Below are positions 1-10,218 of a DNA stretch of 64,000 nt, piece by piece; the first letter of the stretch is position 1; each line of letters starts with the position of its first letter. A program made the translations under genes and the position numbers. The DNA is from Calditrichia bacterium (GTDB lineage Bacteria; Calditrichota; Calditrichia; JAJRVZ01): the NCBI GenBank assembly GCA_963712885.1, contig CAVQJT010000026.1, forward strand, positions 32,858-96,857, written 5' to 3'. Under the pieces are notes generated by a model. It was not told the DNA's origin. It did no database searches and was given only the letters and a program-made list of their open reading frames with translations.

Positions 1-165
1 AGATTTGAAGTGCGCCGGTGGGAGCGTGATGGTGTTGTCTGGGATATTCACTATTATCATTATCTGGATGAAATAATCTGGGGCGTCACCGGATTTTTGT
101 TAAGCAATTTACTCTCTATTGTATTCGATATCACAAGAATGCCGGATAATCCATTCGATAATTAG
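1..165 (+). CDS. 3' end of a Nudix hydrolase (CoA pyrophosphatase/NudL-like), truncated by window edge
   Basis: Frame 1 is open from base 1: ...DIHYYHYLDEIIWGVTGFLL...; IWG(V/A)T is typical of the C-terminus of CoA-Nudix enzymes; stop TAG 163-165. Confidence 0.65.
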   Translation, partial: RFEVRRWERDGVVWDIHYYHYLDEIIWGVTGFLLSNLLSIVFDITRMPDNPFDN

Positions 166-194
166 ATGATTACAGGGTAGTATGGGAAATTTAT

Positions 195-213
195 AAATCC
201 AAAATCCAAAATC
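195..213 (+). repeat. Heptamer tandem array (AAATCCA)n
   Basis: AAATCCAAAATCCAAAATC, 30 nt after the Nudix stop. Confidence 0.8.
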
Positions 214-413
214 AGAAAAAGACAAAAAAATTAAAGTGGATCATCGTCAAAGGTTTTAAATTTGTGTAAAAAACACATACTGAATCCTAACCTAAATAGT
301 TCACACAAAAATTCTATTTATATTTTCCGGTTTAGTCTGATGTCATTTGCATAAAGATACCTTTCTAAGATAGATAATTGTATAATGATTGATAATTATA
401 CCAAAAATAATGG

Positions 414-438
414 GATTTTGGACTTTTGATTTTGGATT
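414..438 (-). repeat. Heptamer tandem array (GATTTTG)n, inverted relative to 195-213
   Basis: GATTTTGGACTTTTGATTTTGGATT, ending 9 nt before the ribD ATG. Confidence 0.8.
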
Positions 439-447
439 GAGTAGACC

Positions 448-1551
448 ATGACCAAACCGCAAAACGACAAAAAATACATGCAACTGGCCCTGCGTCTGGC
501 AAAGAAAGGGGCTGGTTCTGTCAGCCCGAATCCGATGGTGGGGGCGGTTTTTGTCCGCCAGGGGAAAATAATCGGCAAAGGTTACCATAAAAAGTTTGGC
601 GGCGCGCATGCGGAGATCAATGCCATCGCCGACGCAGATGGCCATATCCGCGGTGCTACACTTTACTGCACGCTGGAGCCCTGCAGTCATTCCGATAAAA
701 AAACTCCACCCTGTGCACAGCGTCTGGTTGAAGAAAAGGTCCGCCGCGTTGTCATAGGAACCCTTGACCCTAACCCTAAAGTGAACGGCGGGGGTATTCG
801 AATTCTGAAAGCAGCCGGAATCGAAGTGAAAACCGGCATTCTTGAAAAAGAATGTCGGGAACTGAACCGGTTTTTTATCAAATTCATCACCACCGGTCTG
901 CCCTATGTTACGGTAAAAATTGCCCAGACGCTTGACGGCTTTATTTCGGTCGACCGAAAGCAACAAACCTTGATATCAAATGCAGCTGCCCTGAAAAGGG
1001 TACACCAATTGCGGTCTGTATACGATGCCGTGCTGATTGGAGCGGGTACAATAAGAAGCGATGATCCACAACTTACTGTCCGTCTGGTGAAAGGGCGTGA
1101 TCCCGTCCGTGTCCTGCTGGAAAGGCACCTGGAGGTTAATCCGACTGCCAGGGTATTCCGAGGCCCTTCGAAAAGTAAAACGATCGTGTTTACCGCAAAA
1201 AAATCCCCGATAGAAAAAATTCATGCACTCGAAGAGCTTGGGGTGCATATGATTCCTGTGGGATTAGATCATTCCGGCCGATTGCCCTTAAAAAAAATAT
1301 TGCATCATTTGCATAGTATGGGAATCGCATCTATACTTGTTGAGGGAGGACAAAAGATCTTCACCGGTTTTCTTAAGGAAGGTCTGAATGATGAACTTCT
1401 GATTTTTGTTGCACCGGTGCTTTGGGGAAGCGGTCTGCGGACGGTTACGGAGAAAATAAATCTGGATTCCTTTCAGCTGATTCGCAGCGAAAAATTATCA
1501 AATAACCTCCTGCTGACTTTTCGGCAACATAATCGATCATTTTTTGGATGA
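448..1551 (+). CDS. ribD: Bifunctional diaminohydroxyphosphoribosylaminopyrimidine deaminase/reductase
   Basis: SPNPMVGAV, HAE, TLEPC...PPC zinc motifs; reductase domain AQTLDG, DDPQLTVR, VEGG. Confidence 0.97.
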   Translation: MTKPQNDKKYMQLALRLAKKGAGSVSPNPMVGAVFVRQGKIIGKGYHKKFGGAHAEINAIADADGHIRGATLYCTLEPCSHSDKKTPPCAQRLVEEKVRRVVIGTLDPNPKVNGGGIRILKAAGIEVKTGILEKECRELNRFFIKFITTGLPYVTVKIAQTLDGFISVDRKQQTLISNAAALKRVHQLRSVYDAVLIGAGTIRSDDPQLTVRLVKGRDPVRVLLERHLEVNPTARVFRGPSKSKTIVFTAKKSPIEKIHALEELGVHMIPVGLDHSGRLPLKKILHHLHSMGIASILVEGGQKIFTGFLKEGLNDELLIFVAPVLWGSGLRTVTEKINLDSFQLIRSEKLSNNLLLTFRQHNRSFFG

Positions 1552-1582
1552 TTTGTGAACCCTTACGTGTTAAATTAAATAC

Positions 1583-2233
1583 ATGTTTACAGGATTAATC
1601 GAAGAAATTGGTATCATAAAGCGGATAGATCATATCTCCGGCGGATTACGGATTTCCGTTGCTGCAAAAAAGATCCTGGATGATCTTGCCATAGATCATT
1701 CTGTCGCTCTGAACGGTGTTTGTCTGACGGTGGTCGAATTACGTCAGGACGGATTTTTTGCTGAAGCGGTTGGTGAAACACTTGATAAATCAACGTTGTC
1801 TGAAATAAGATCCGGTGATGCCGTAAATCTCGAACGGGCTATGCGCCTCAGTGATCGTCTCGGCGGTCATCTGGTGCAGGGGCATGTTAATGGAATTGGC
1901 AAGATAATACGTTTCCAGCAGCGGGGGGAGAACTGGTTTCTGGAAGTGGCGATCCCCCAGGAGCTGGTCAGATATATCATTGCCGAAGGGAGCATTGCCC
2001 TTGACGGGATCAGTTTTACTGTTGCCCATCTGGCTGATACCCGGGTGGGGATATCGGTGATTCCGCATACCTATCAGTGTACAACGCTGAAATTTCGTAA
2101 AAACGGCGATAAGCTGAATGTTGAGACCGATTTTCTGGCTAAATATATCGAAAACTTTTTACACCAGGGAGGCCGGTCTGCGGATAAAAATGAAACTATA
2201 TCGGAGGAGTGGCTTAAAAAGATAGGGTATTGA
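1583..2233 (+). CDS. ribE: Riboflavin synthase alpha chain
   Basis: MFTGLIEE N-terminus, GVCLTV, VNLERAM...GGHLVQGHV, GSIALDGIS. Confidence 0.97.
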   Translation: MFTGLIEEIGIIKRIDHISGGLRISVAAKKILDDLAIDHSVALNGVCLTVVELRQDGFFAEAVGETLDKSTLSEIRSGDAVNLERAMRLSDRLGGHLVQGHVNGIGKIIRFQQRGENWFLEVAIPQELVRYIIAEGSIALDGISFTVAHLADTRVGISVIPHTYQCTTLKFRKNGDKLNVETDFLAKYIENFLHQGGRSADKNETISEEWLKKIGY

Positions 2234-2235
2234 AT

Positions 2236-2260
2236 ATTAGGAATTAGGAATTTGGAATTA
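2236..2260 (+). repeat. Heptamer tandem array (AATTAGG)n
   Basis: ATTAGGAATTAGGAATTTGGAATTA, identical to 32924-32948. Confidence 0.85.
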
Positions 2261-2467
2261 AATTTATGTAAACATATAATTTACAAAAATGATATTTTGA
2301 CGGCAAACTGATGCACAGGCTGCATTGTGCATTTGAAATACCGGATGATTTCAACCCGAAAGGTTTTCTCCAACATAGTCCTTTGGACCGGAAGGAAATG
2401 CTTCAACTCAGAATGTAACATCCTTCCTAACATATATAAACAAAAGAGGGTATAAAACAATAAAATT

Positions 2468-3679
2468 ATGAGCGAATACAATACCATAGAAGAAGCGATC
2501 TCTGATATCCGTGCAGGAAAAATGGTGATCGTGGTTGATGATGAAGAGCGTGAAAACGAGGGTGACATTATTCTGGCTGCCGAGCGGGTGACCCCGGAAG
2601 TGATCAATTTTATCGCCAGGGAAGCCCGGGGTATGATCTGCATAGCAATAACTTCAGAACGTGCAAGGCATCTTGAGCTGGAATATATGGTGGGTGATAA
2701 TACGGCTTTACACCATACCCCATTTACTGTTACGGTTGATGCTAAAGTGGGTACAACGACTGGTATATCGGCCTTTGACCGTGCCACGACCATTCAGACA
2801 ATAATCAATCCTTCGACGACCCCGAACGATCTGGCCCGTCCGGGTCATATTTTTCCGTTGATTGCTAAGGATGGTGGTGTCTTACGCCGGGCAGGGCATA
2901 CTGAGGCGGCGGTTGATCTTGCCCGGATGGCAGGATTGTATCCGGCGGGAATACTGTGTGAAATGATGGATGATGATGGTCAGATGGCCCGGGTTCCACG
3001 CCTAAAAGTACTCGCGAAAAAATTCGACCTGAAATTGATTACGATATCTGATCTGATTGAATACCGGCGAATGCGGGAGAAACTGGTTAGACGACGATCT
3101 GTAATTGATCTGCCAACCAGATTTGGTGATTTTAAACTTTTCCTCTACCATAATGTCCTCAATGAAAACGAAAATCATGTGGCGCTTGTGAAAGGAAAAA
3201 TTGCTGATGGACAACCTACCCTGGTGCGGGTGCACTCGGAGTGTCTGACTGGTGATGTGTTTGGATCTAAACGATGTGACTGTGGAGATCAACTGGCCGC
3301 CGCACTCAGCCGGATCGAGGTGGAAGGGCGTGGCGTGGTGCTATATATGCGCCAGGAAGGGCGTGGTATCGGTCTGGTCAATAAGATTCTTGCCTATGCC
3401 TTTCAGGAGGAAGGCAAGGATACGGTTGAGGCAAATGAGGCGCTCGGTTTTAAGGCAGATTTGCGGGATTACGGTATTGGTGCGCAGATCCTGAAAGATC
3501 TTGGTCTGGTAAAAATACGCCTGATGACCAACAATCCCAAGAAAATTGTCGGTTTAAACGGTTATGGCCTGGAAATTGTAGCACGTGAATCATTGGAGAT
3601 AAAACCGGGCAAGGATAATGAAAAATATCTTCGGACCAAGCGGGATAAGCTTGGTCACTTGATATTGGAAGGAAGCTAA
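2468..3679 (+). CDS. ribBA: Bifunctional DHBP synthase / GTP cyclohydrolase II
   Basis: [25 protein letters not shown]; [34 protein letters not shown]. Confidence 0.98.
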   Translation: MSEYNTIEEAISDIRAGKMVIVVDDEERENEGDIILAAERVTPEVINFIAREARGMICIAITSERARHLELEYMVGDNTALHHTPFTVTVDAKVGTTTGISAFDRATTIQTIINPSTTPNDLARPGHIFPLIAKDGGVLRRAGHTEAAVDLARMAGLYPAGILCEMMDDDGQMARVPRLKVLAKKFDLKLITISDLIEYRRMREKLVRRRSVIDLPTRFGDFKLFLYHNVLNENENHVALVKGKIADGQPTLVRVHSECLTGDVFGSKRCDCGDQLAAALSRIEVEGRGVVLYMRQEGRGIGLVNKILAYAFQEEGKDTVEANEALGFKADLRDYGIGAQILKDLGLVKIRLMTNNPKKIVGLNGYGLEIVARESLEIKPGKDNEKYLRTKRDKLGHLILEGS

Positions 3680-3689
3680 AGGAGGAACG

Positions 3690-4154
3690 ATGGCAACAAG
3701 AATCGAAGGGCTGTTAAACGCAAAGGGTAAAAAATTCGCCCTGGTGGTTAGCCGATTCAATGAATTTATATCAAACAAATTGGTGGAAGGTGCGATTGAC
3801 TGTCTGGTCAGACATGGTGCCGATGAAAAAAATATCTCAATCACATGGGTGCCGGGATCATTTGAGATTCCCCTGGTAGCCATGAGGGTCGCGGCCGGTG
3901 ATAAAGTCGATGCTGTGGTTTGTCTGGGAGCAATCATACGCGGGAACACACCACATTTTGAATATGTCGCCAGCGAGGCATCCAAAGGTATTGCACATGC
4001 TTCTCTCCAAACCGGTAAACCGGTTATCTTTGGTGTGATCACATCAGACACAATTGAGCAGGCGATCGAGCGTGCCGGTACGAAATCGGGTAACAAGGGC
4101 TGGGATGCTGCGTTGAGTGCCATTGAGATGGCCGATTTGATGAATAAAATTTAA
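3690..4154 (+). CDS. ribH: 6,7-dimethyl-8-ribityllumazine synthase
   Basis: [30 protein letters not shown]; RBS AAGGAGG. Confidence 0.98.
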   Translation: MATRIEGLLNAKGKKFALVVSRFNEFISNKLVEGAIDCLVRHGADEKNISITWVPGSFEIPLVAMRVAAGDKVDAVVCLGAIIRGNTPHFEYVASEASKGIAHASLQTGKPVIFGVITSDTIEQAIERAGTKSGNKGWDAALSAIEMADLMNKI

Positions 4155-4172
4155 TTGGAAAGTTGACAATTT

Positions 4173-6539
4173 ATGTGCATCTGGCGAAACATTATCCTTT
4201 TTTGTTTTATATGGTCCCCCATCCTGTTTGGGCAAGGTCTTAATGACTGGCAGGTCATGACTTATATGAATGATGTCACCGGTGTGGCTCACATGGGCAA
4301 TAATGTCTGGGTGGGAACAACCGGTGGCGTTTACCGGATTAATGAGGAGGATAACATAATTGACCGGTTTACTAATCTTGACGGCCTTGCTTCTTTGAAA
4401 ATATCTGCCCTATCTGCTGATAACAAATATCAGCGTATTATTGCCGGAACCGAAGATGGCATAATTCATATCTGTTCGGTTGCAGACGAGGTTTGGTATC
4501 CATATTTTGAGCTCCAGGGGCAACGAATTGCCGCCATTTACGTGCATTATGATACATTATGGGTAGCAAGTGATGACGGGGTTGGTGTCTTTTTAAATAG
4601 TGAACAAGGATTGGAATTCAGGGATTTCTATGGCAACCTGCCCATCAATCCGGAAACGGGCACGGCGATAACGGTTTTTAATAACCGCATATTTTTCGCG
4701 ACTCATAATGGATTATTATATGCCAATTCAGATTTTGTCCGCTATAACCTTAAAATTGCCCAGGCCTGGAGTTATTTATCAGTGGCATCCGGGCTTCCAG
4801 CGGACGATGTACGTGCACTGGCTGCAGCACCTGACTCATTGTATATCGGTACTATTGCCGGACCGGTTTGGCTCAATCCAGAATTGACTATACAACCGGT
4901 AGATGGCTGGTCATCGGGTGCCGTGTTCAATATGGCCTGGTCGCCGTCGGCATTATACTTTGCCAATGACAGAAGCTATTACCAAAGATCCGGATCTTCA
5001 TGGGTTTTTAAAAATACATTCCCGGTATTTATTCAATCTATTGGCATCGATGATCAGGCGAATCTCTGGTTTGGACTTCGCGACGGAGGTCTTCAGAAAG
5101 AATCCTGGGAGGCGCCTTTCCGAATCGACGGACCCGCAAGTAATCATGTCGGAAATCTGATCAAGGACAGCCGAGACAGATTGTGGATGGCCAGCGGTAA
5201 GATAAAACTGACATTTGATCGCGGATTTTATCGATTTGAAAACGGTAAATGGACCAACTATTCCTTTTCAGGTGCATGGTTCCGTAAAAACTCAACCGAT
5301 GTTGTTTATGAAGATATGTTTGGCAATATCTGGATTGGATCCTGGGGCGGTGGCATCACCATGATCAGACCGGATGAAACATACGATTTTTATCATGCCT
5401 GGCCTGAAGAGGGGACTCTAACGATCTCCGGCATGGACGGAGACCAGGTTTTCAATTTTCCCGGTCTTTCGGAGGATAAACAACAATGTTTTGTGGGTGC
5501 CAAGGTTCAAGGTAGCGAGACCTATACCGTGATAACCCAATTTGGTGAGGACCGCAATCAGAATTTCTGGGTGGCTAATTATCTTGCCCGTCAGCCTGAG
5601 TATATGGCTGCTATACAAAACCGAACGGATTCGGGGCTGTCAGATTGCTCTGGATGGATGTATTTCGGTGACAATATCGGTATGAGCCTCAATGATGGAC
5701 AGGTGACCGCACTTGCCTTTGAAGACTTTGGTGAAATTGAACGGGTCTGGATGGGGACTTTTGGCAGAGGTGTTTTGGTACTCGATCATAAAAACACAAT
5801 TGATAATCCGGCAGATGATATTTTATATCGTCTGACGATGACATCCGACAATCTGTTTAGTAATATTATTTTATCAATGGGCCGTGATTTGGATGGTATC
5901 ATTTGGATCGGTACCGATGCTGGGCTTAATTCATATCAACCGGATCCCGCGGGAAATACCCGCCGCGTATTCAAGCATGTCGGCGAAATCGGGCCTGTTG
6001 AGAATAAAATTAATCAGATTTTTGTAGATGAGAAAAACAATAAATGGTTTGCCACCGATGGTGGTTTGAGCATATTGATTGCCGACCGGAGTCCGTGGGA
6101 TGCTGCTTCATGGGTGCACTATACTCCACAGAACAGTGGCCTGCCCGATAAAATCGTGAACAGCGTGTTTGTTGATGCCAAGACCGGGTTGGCCTATCTT
6201 GGCACAGAATCCGGTTTGGCGATTTTTAGTGGTCCCTTCTCAGCATATAAAAGTGATATGAATGCCATCGTCGCAGGGCCAAATCCGTTCGTCCTGGACG
6301 GGACTTCTAGTTTTGTTATGAAAAATCTGGCCTTTAATGCCCGGGTGAAAATATTTAGTCTGCAGGGTGAATTGATTCGTGAATTGACTTCCGATAATGG
6401 TACGATCCAGGGCAGCAGGGCGGTCTGGGATGGCCGGGATAGTAAGCAAAATAATGTTGCAAGTGGGATCTACCTGTATCTGGCTTATAACGATGAAGGT
6501 ATGAGTGGAAGCGGAAAAATTGCGGTAATTCGACGATAA
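4173..6539 (+). CDS. PorZ-like secreted beta-propeller protein with C-terminal T9SS-CTD/FlgD-Ig-like domain
   Basis: Signal peptide; repeated D-x-x-G-x-(I/L)-W-(I/F)-G propeller blades; C-terminal PNPF...VKIFSLQGELIREL...WDGRD...ASGIYLY...GKIAVIR. Confidence 0.75.
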   Translation: MCIWRNIILFCFIWSPILFGQGLNDWQVMTYMNDVTGVAHMGNNVWVGTTGGVYRINEEDNIIDRFTNLDGLASLKISALSADNKYQRIIAGTEDGIIHICSVADEVWYPYFELQGQRIAAIYVHYDTLWVASDDGVGVFLNSEQGLEFRDFYGNLPINPETGTAITVFNNRIFFATHNGLLYANSDFVRYNLKIAQAWSYLSVASGLPADDVRALAAAPDSLYIGTIAGPVWLNPELTIQPVDGWSSGAVFNMAWSPSALYFANDRSYYQRSGSSWVFKNTFPVFIQSIGIDDQANLWFGLRDGGLQKESWEAPFRIDGPASNHVGNLIKDSRDRLWMASGKIKLTFDRGFYRFENGKWTNYSFSGAWFRKNSTDVVYEDMFGNIWIGSWGGGITMIRPDETYDFYHAWPEEGTLTISGMDGDQVFNFPGLSEDKQQCFVGAKVQGSETYTVITQFGEDRNQNFWVANYLARQPEYMAAIQNRTDSGLSDCSGWMYFGDNIGMSLNDGQVTALAFEDFGEIERVWMGTFGRGVLVLDHKNTIDNPADDILYRLTMTSDNLFSNIILSMGRDLDGIIWIGTDAGLNSYQPDPAGNTRRVFKHVGEIGPVENKINQIFVDEKNNKWFATDGGLSILIADRSPWDAASWVHYTPQNSGLPDKIVNSVFVDAKTGLAYLGTESGLAIFSGPFSAYKSDMNAIVAGPNPFVLDGTSSFVMKNLAFNARVKIFSLQGELIRELTSDNGTIQGSRAVWDGRDSKQNNVASGIYLYLAYNDEGMSGSGKIAVIRR

Positions 6540-6562
6540 TAAATAAATCAAGACGATCTTAA

Positions 6563-8293
6563 ATGCTACGCCGACTCTATATCAAGGATTTTGCCATTGT
6601 CGATCACCTGGAAATTGAATTTTCCGATGGTTTCCAGGTATTAACCGGTGAAACCGGCGCCGGGAAATCGGTAATCGTCGGTGCTATCGGGTACCTGTGT
6701 GGTGAACGGGCAAGATCGGATGTTTTAAGAAGCGGTGCCAAACGGGCTGTGATCGAGGCGGAATTTGTACCAAAAGCCTTCCCACAGTTACAAGCACTGC
6801 TCAAGGAAATGGGAGTTGAGGTATTCTCAGAGACGGTTATTCTGCGACGTGAAATTAACGCAAATGGAACAAACCGGTCATTTGTCAATGATACCCCCTG
6901 CAATGTAACCAATCTAAGTAAGATAAGTGATCTTTTAATCGACTTGCATGGACAGCATGAACATCAGCGTCTGATACATCCGGAAACTCATATAGAATAT
7001 CTGGATGCCTATGCTCAATCTGAAGATCTACTCAGCGAGATCCGTGTACTGATCCGGGATTATCGGAACCGGAAGCAAGAGATGCAGGAATTAATCAATC
7101 TCAAAGAATCGAGTACGGAGAGGCTGGCCTTACTGTCATTTCAGTTCGAGGAACTGGAGAAGGCCAATATCGAAGCCGGTGAACTTGAGAATCTTCGCCA
7201 GGAGCGAAAAATTCTCGAAAACAGCCAACTGTTATATGATAATGCGGTAAAAATCAGCGAGCGGCTTTATGTGGAGGATGATTCAGTATTGTCAGAGATT
7301 ACGGCCGGCATCAGGCGTTTGGAGCAGATTGCCGAGGTGGATCCCCAGTTTCAGCCTCAGGCTGGAGAATCTGGAAAATGCCCGCTTGATTATTGAAGAA
7401 TTGGGTCGCACGTGTGAGGAATATGCACACCGTCTCGAGTATGATCCGGAACGTTTACAGTCTATTCAGACGAGGGAAGCTGAACTTGAGTGGTTACTAA
7501 AAAAATACCGGTATAATGTTCTGGAAGAGCTGATTGCACATCGCAATGAGCTCAAAGACCAGGTGACTCGTATCGATAATTATGAAGCTGAAATTAAATC
7601 CGCCAGGGATAAATTCGAAGAGAGCAAATCACATTTGACATCCGGATTACGTGTGCTTTCCAACCACCGGCAAAAAGCAGCCGGGAAGTTTGAGTTAGAT
7701 ATGCGCCGCCTGCTTGAAGATGTCGGGTTGAAAAATGCACGGTTCGAGGTCAAAATTGAGCAGGAGAAACGTACGAACGGAGAAATTGAGGCGGAGAAAG
7801 CCGCTATCAGCTATTTGATAACGGCATCGATCTTGTCGAATTCAATGTTGGGCTTAATCTGGGCGAACCATCACGACCCTTGCACAAAGTGGCTTCTGGC
7901 GGTGAAATCTCCAGGATTATGCTTTGTATGAAATCGCTTCTGGCGGCCGTTGATGATGTGCACACGCTGATCTTTGATGAAATTGATAACGGGATATCAG
8001 GACGAATTGCACAGATTGTCGGGAAAAAATTGCGGACAATGGCTGAGGATCGTCAGTTGATTGTTATCACTCATTTGCCACAAATCGCGGCGATGGGTGG
8101 TATACATTATTCAGTGCGCAAATCAGAAGTTGCCGGCCGTACGAGAATTGATGTCGAGCGTCTGGAGGGCGAGCAGAGAGTAGAAGACCTGGCCCTGTTG
8201 CTCGGAGGGGAACAGGTTACCGAATTCAGTCTGGCTAATGCGCGGGAATTACTGAACAGCGGGGAGTCTTTAACTATTGATGCAAACCGATAA
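6563..8293 (+). CDS. recN: DNA repair protein RecN (two apparent frameshifts, ~7361 and ~7795)
   Basis: LTGETGAGKS Walker A, DLHGQHEHQ, KVASGGEISR, IFDEID, VITHLPQIAA spread over ORFs 6563-7396, 7269-7931, 7880-8293. Confidence 0.95.
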
Positions 8294-8382
8294 GAATTCT
8301 GAAGTTACTTGCTTTTAAAAGCTTTCATTTGTAATTTGACAGACCCTTCTACCAACTAACAATTTATCATGAGGTTGGAAAA

Positions 8383-9045
8383 ATGCGAAGAGTCAACCAC
8401 CGATTCTCTTTAAATTTTCCTGAATCAGGACCCTTAAACCGGCGTTACTTTTTGAAGCTTTTTCAGACAAAACACAGACCGGTGACGAGACCTGGTGCGA
8501 TTGGTGCCGCCGAATTGAAACGGCAGATAATTGCCATCGGGCGTGGGAAAAAAATCAATATCACCCGTGCCGATATCGATGGTACACCGGAAGAGATGCC
8601 GATTGCGGTGAAAATAATCGATATTGGGGCAGATCATTTTACAGGCAAAGTTGTAAATGTGGAACGCAGTATCAGTGAAAGTCAGAGTGAAAAAATGATT
8701 TATGCCCGTGCTGGCGGCGGAACAATTGACTTCCGGTTCGCTGACGGTGATATCCTGAAAGTTGAGGTTGACATTGATGAGCAAATCGTCCGACAGCGGA
8801 ATATTGAAGAAATAAAGGAAATCCTTGATGCTCTTGATATTGGTGAGGATATCAATATCAGCTATTATGACAAAAACGAAGGTGGGTTTATCAATGGGGC
8901 AGGTACTCTGGATGAAAAGGATATGGAAACCCTTGATTTTAAAATTACTCTCCGTCTGATCAATGAAATCGATTTGAATCAGCCACGGGAAGTACATCTA
9001 AATCTTGAAAAAAGTGAAATTCTCGATCTGGAAGTTGTTATTTGA
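8383..9045 (+). CDS. Hypothetical protein, probably two tandem beta-barrel (YolD/SH3-like) repeats
   Basis: 220-aa ORF with GAGG RBS, followed by a terminator; internal similarity ELKRQIIAIGRGKKINIT / EIKEILDALDIGEDINIS. Confidence 0.75.
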   Translation: MRRVNHRFSLNFPESGPLNRRYFLKLFQTKHRPVTRPGAIGAAELKRQIIAIGRGKKINITRADIDGTPEEMPIAVKIIDIGADHFTGKVVNVERSISESQSEKMIYARAGGGTIDFRFADGDILKVEVDIDEQIVRQRNIEEIKEILDALDIGEDINISYYDKNEGGFINGAGTLDEKDMETLDFKITLRLINEIDLNQPREVHLNLEKSEILDLEVVI

Positions 9046-9079
9046 TCGCAATATGACCGCAGCGACTAGATGATATTTT

Positions 9080-9111
9080 AAGCCAACCAGCTGATGGTTG
9101 GCTTTTTTTTT
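9080..9111 (+). terminator. Intrinsic terminator
   Basis: AAGCCAACCA-GCTGA-TGGTTGGCTT followed by a T tract. Confidence 0.9.
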
Positions 9112-9151
9112 AATGAAATAAACAATAATATAATAGAGGATAATAATCAAA

Positions 9152-10186
9152 ATGATTGATAGAGAATCTATCAGCAGCAAACTGAGTAAAATAAAGTATC
9201 CCGGATACGATCAGGATATTGTAACTTTCGGTGTGGTAAAGGACATAAAGGTGGATGGGGAAAATGTAACCATTTTACTCGATGTCCGATCAAATGATCA
9301 AAAAATCGTGAGTCTGCTCAACGAAACCATAAAAATGCAGATTGCCACAATACCGGGTGTAAAAGATGTACAGATACAGTCTGTTTCGGCAGGACAAACG
9401 GCAGCAGGTGCCACGGCTTCCGAGTTTCTGCCACAGGTCAGATATAAAGTTGCTGTGGCCAGTGGGAAGGGTGGTGTCGGGAAATCAACCGTTGCGGTCA
9501 ATCTGGCGGTAGCAATGGCAAAATCAGGCGCCAGAGTGGGACTCTTAGATTCGGATATATACGGCCCAAGTATCCCTTTGATGCTTGGGATAACCGAAAA
9601 GCCGGAATTCGACGGAGAAAAGCTTATTCCAATCCGGAAATATGGTGTAGATCTTATGTCCCTGGGTTTTTTGGTCGATGATGATAATCCGGTGATCTGG
9701 CGCGGACCGCTGGTTATGCGTGCCCTGCAACAACTTATGCGCGATGTCCGGTGGGGAGAATTGGATATCATGCTATTTGATATGCCGCCAGGTACCGGTG
9801 ATGCCCAACTCACACTGTCACAATCGATTACACTGGACGGAGCGGTTATTGTATCCACACCCCAGGATGTGGCACTTCTTGATGCGGTTAAAGGGGTAAG
9901 AATGTTCGAGAAGGTCAACGTACCAATACTGGGCATTGTAGAAAATATGAGCTACTTTATTTGTGGCGATTGCGGGGCAAGAACCGATATATTCTCTGCC
10001 GGTGGTGCACGCCGTGAATGTAAAAAGCTCGGGGTTGATTTGCTTGGTGAAATACCCCTGGATATTGAGATCCGGGTCGGTGGTGACGATGGTATACCGG
10101 TTGTTGAGAAGGACAGTGAAAACCTCCAGTCGAAACCGTTCATGGATATTGCCCAAAAATTAATCAAACGATTTCAGATTGTCTGA
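9152..10186 (+). CDS. mrp: Mrp/ApbC/NBP35 Fe-S cluster carrier ATPase with N-terminal DUF59-like domain
   Basis: VASGKGGVGKST, DSDIYGPSIP, WRGP, DMPPGTGD, ENMS...CGDC. Confidence 0.95.
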   Translation: MIDRESISSKLSKIKYPGYDQDIVTFGVVKDIKVDGENVTILLDVRSNDQKIVSLLNETIKMQIATIPGVKDVQIQSVSAGQTAAGATASEFLPQVRYKVAVASGKGGVGKSTVAVNLAVAMAKSGARVGLLDSDIYGPSIPLMLGITEKPEFDGEKLIPIRKYGVDLMSLGFLVDDDNPVIWRGPLVMRALQQLMRDVRWGELDIMLFDMPPGTGDAQLTLSQSITLDGAVIVSTPQDVALLDAVKGVRMFEKVNVPILGIVENMSYFICGDCGARTDIFSAGGARRECKKLGVDLLGEIPLDIEIRVGGDDGIPVVEKDSENLQSKPFMDIAQKLIKRFQIV

Positions 10187-10218
10187 ACGATAAACCGCAT
10201 GAAGGAGATATAATTGTC

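Noticed and set aside
166-447. FMN riboswitch upstream of the rib operon
   Set aside because: The region is AT-rich and lacks the conserved AGGGC/GAAATTCC/AGCCCG/GGATGGGAG elements.
343-966. Long antisense ORFs (e.g. 343-966, 9298-9936, 8434-8997, 48112-48633, 60183-60713)
   Set aside because: They are shadows of well-supported genes on the opposite strand and have no motifs of their own.
2302-2365. c-di-GMP-I riboswitch (GGCAAAC and a GAAA loop)
   Set aside because: The required GACGCAAA segment and P1 pairing are missing, and the spacing does not fit.
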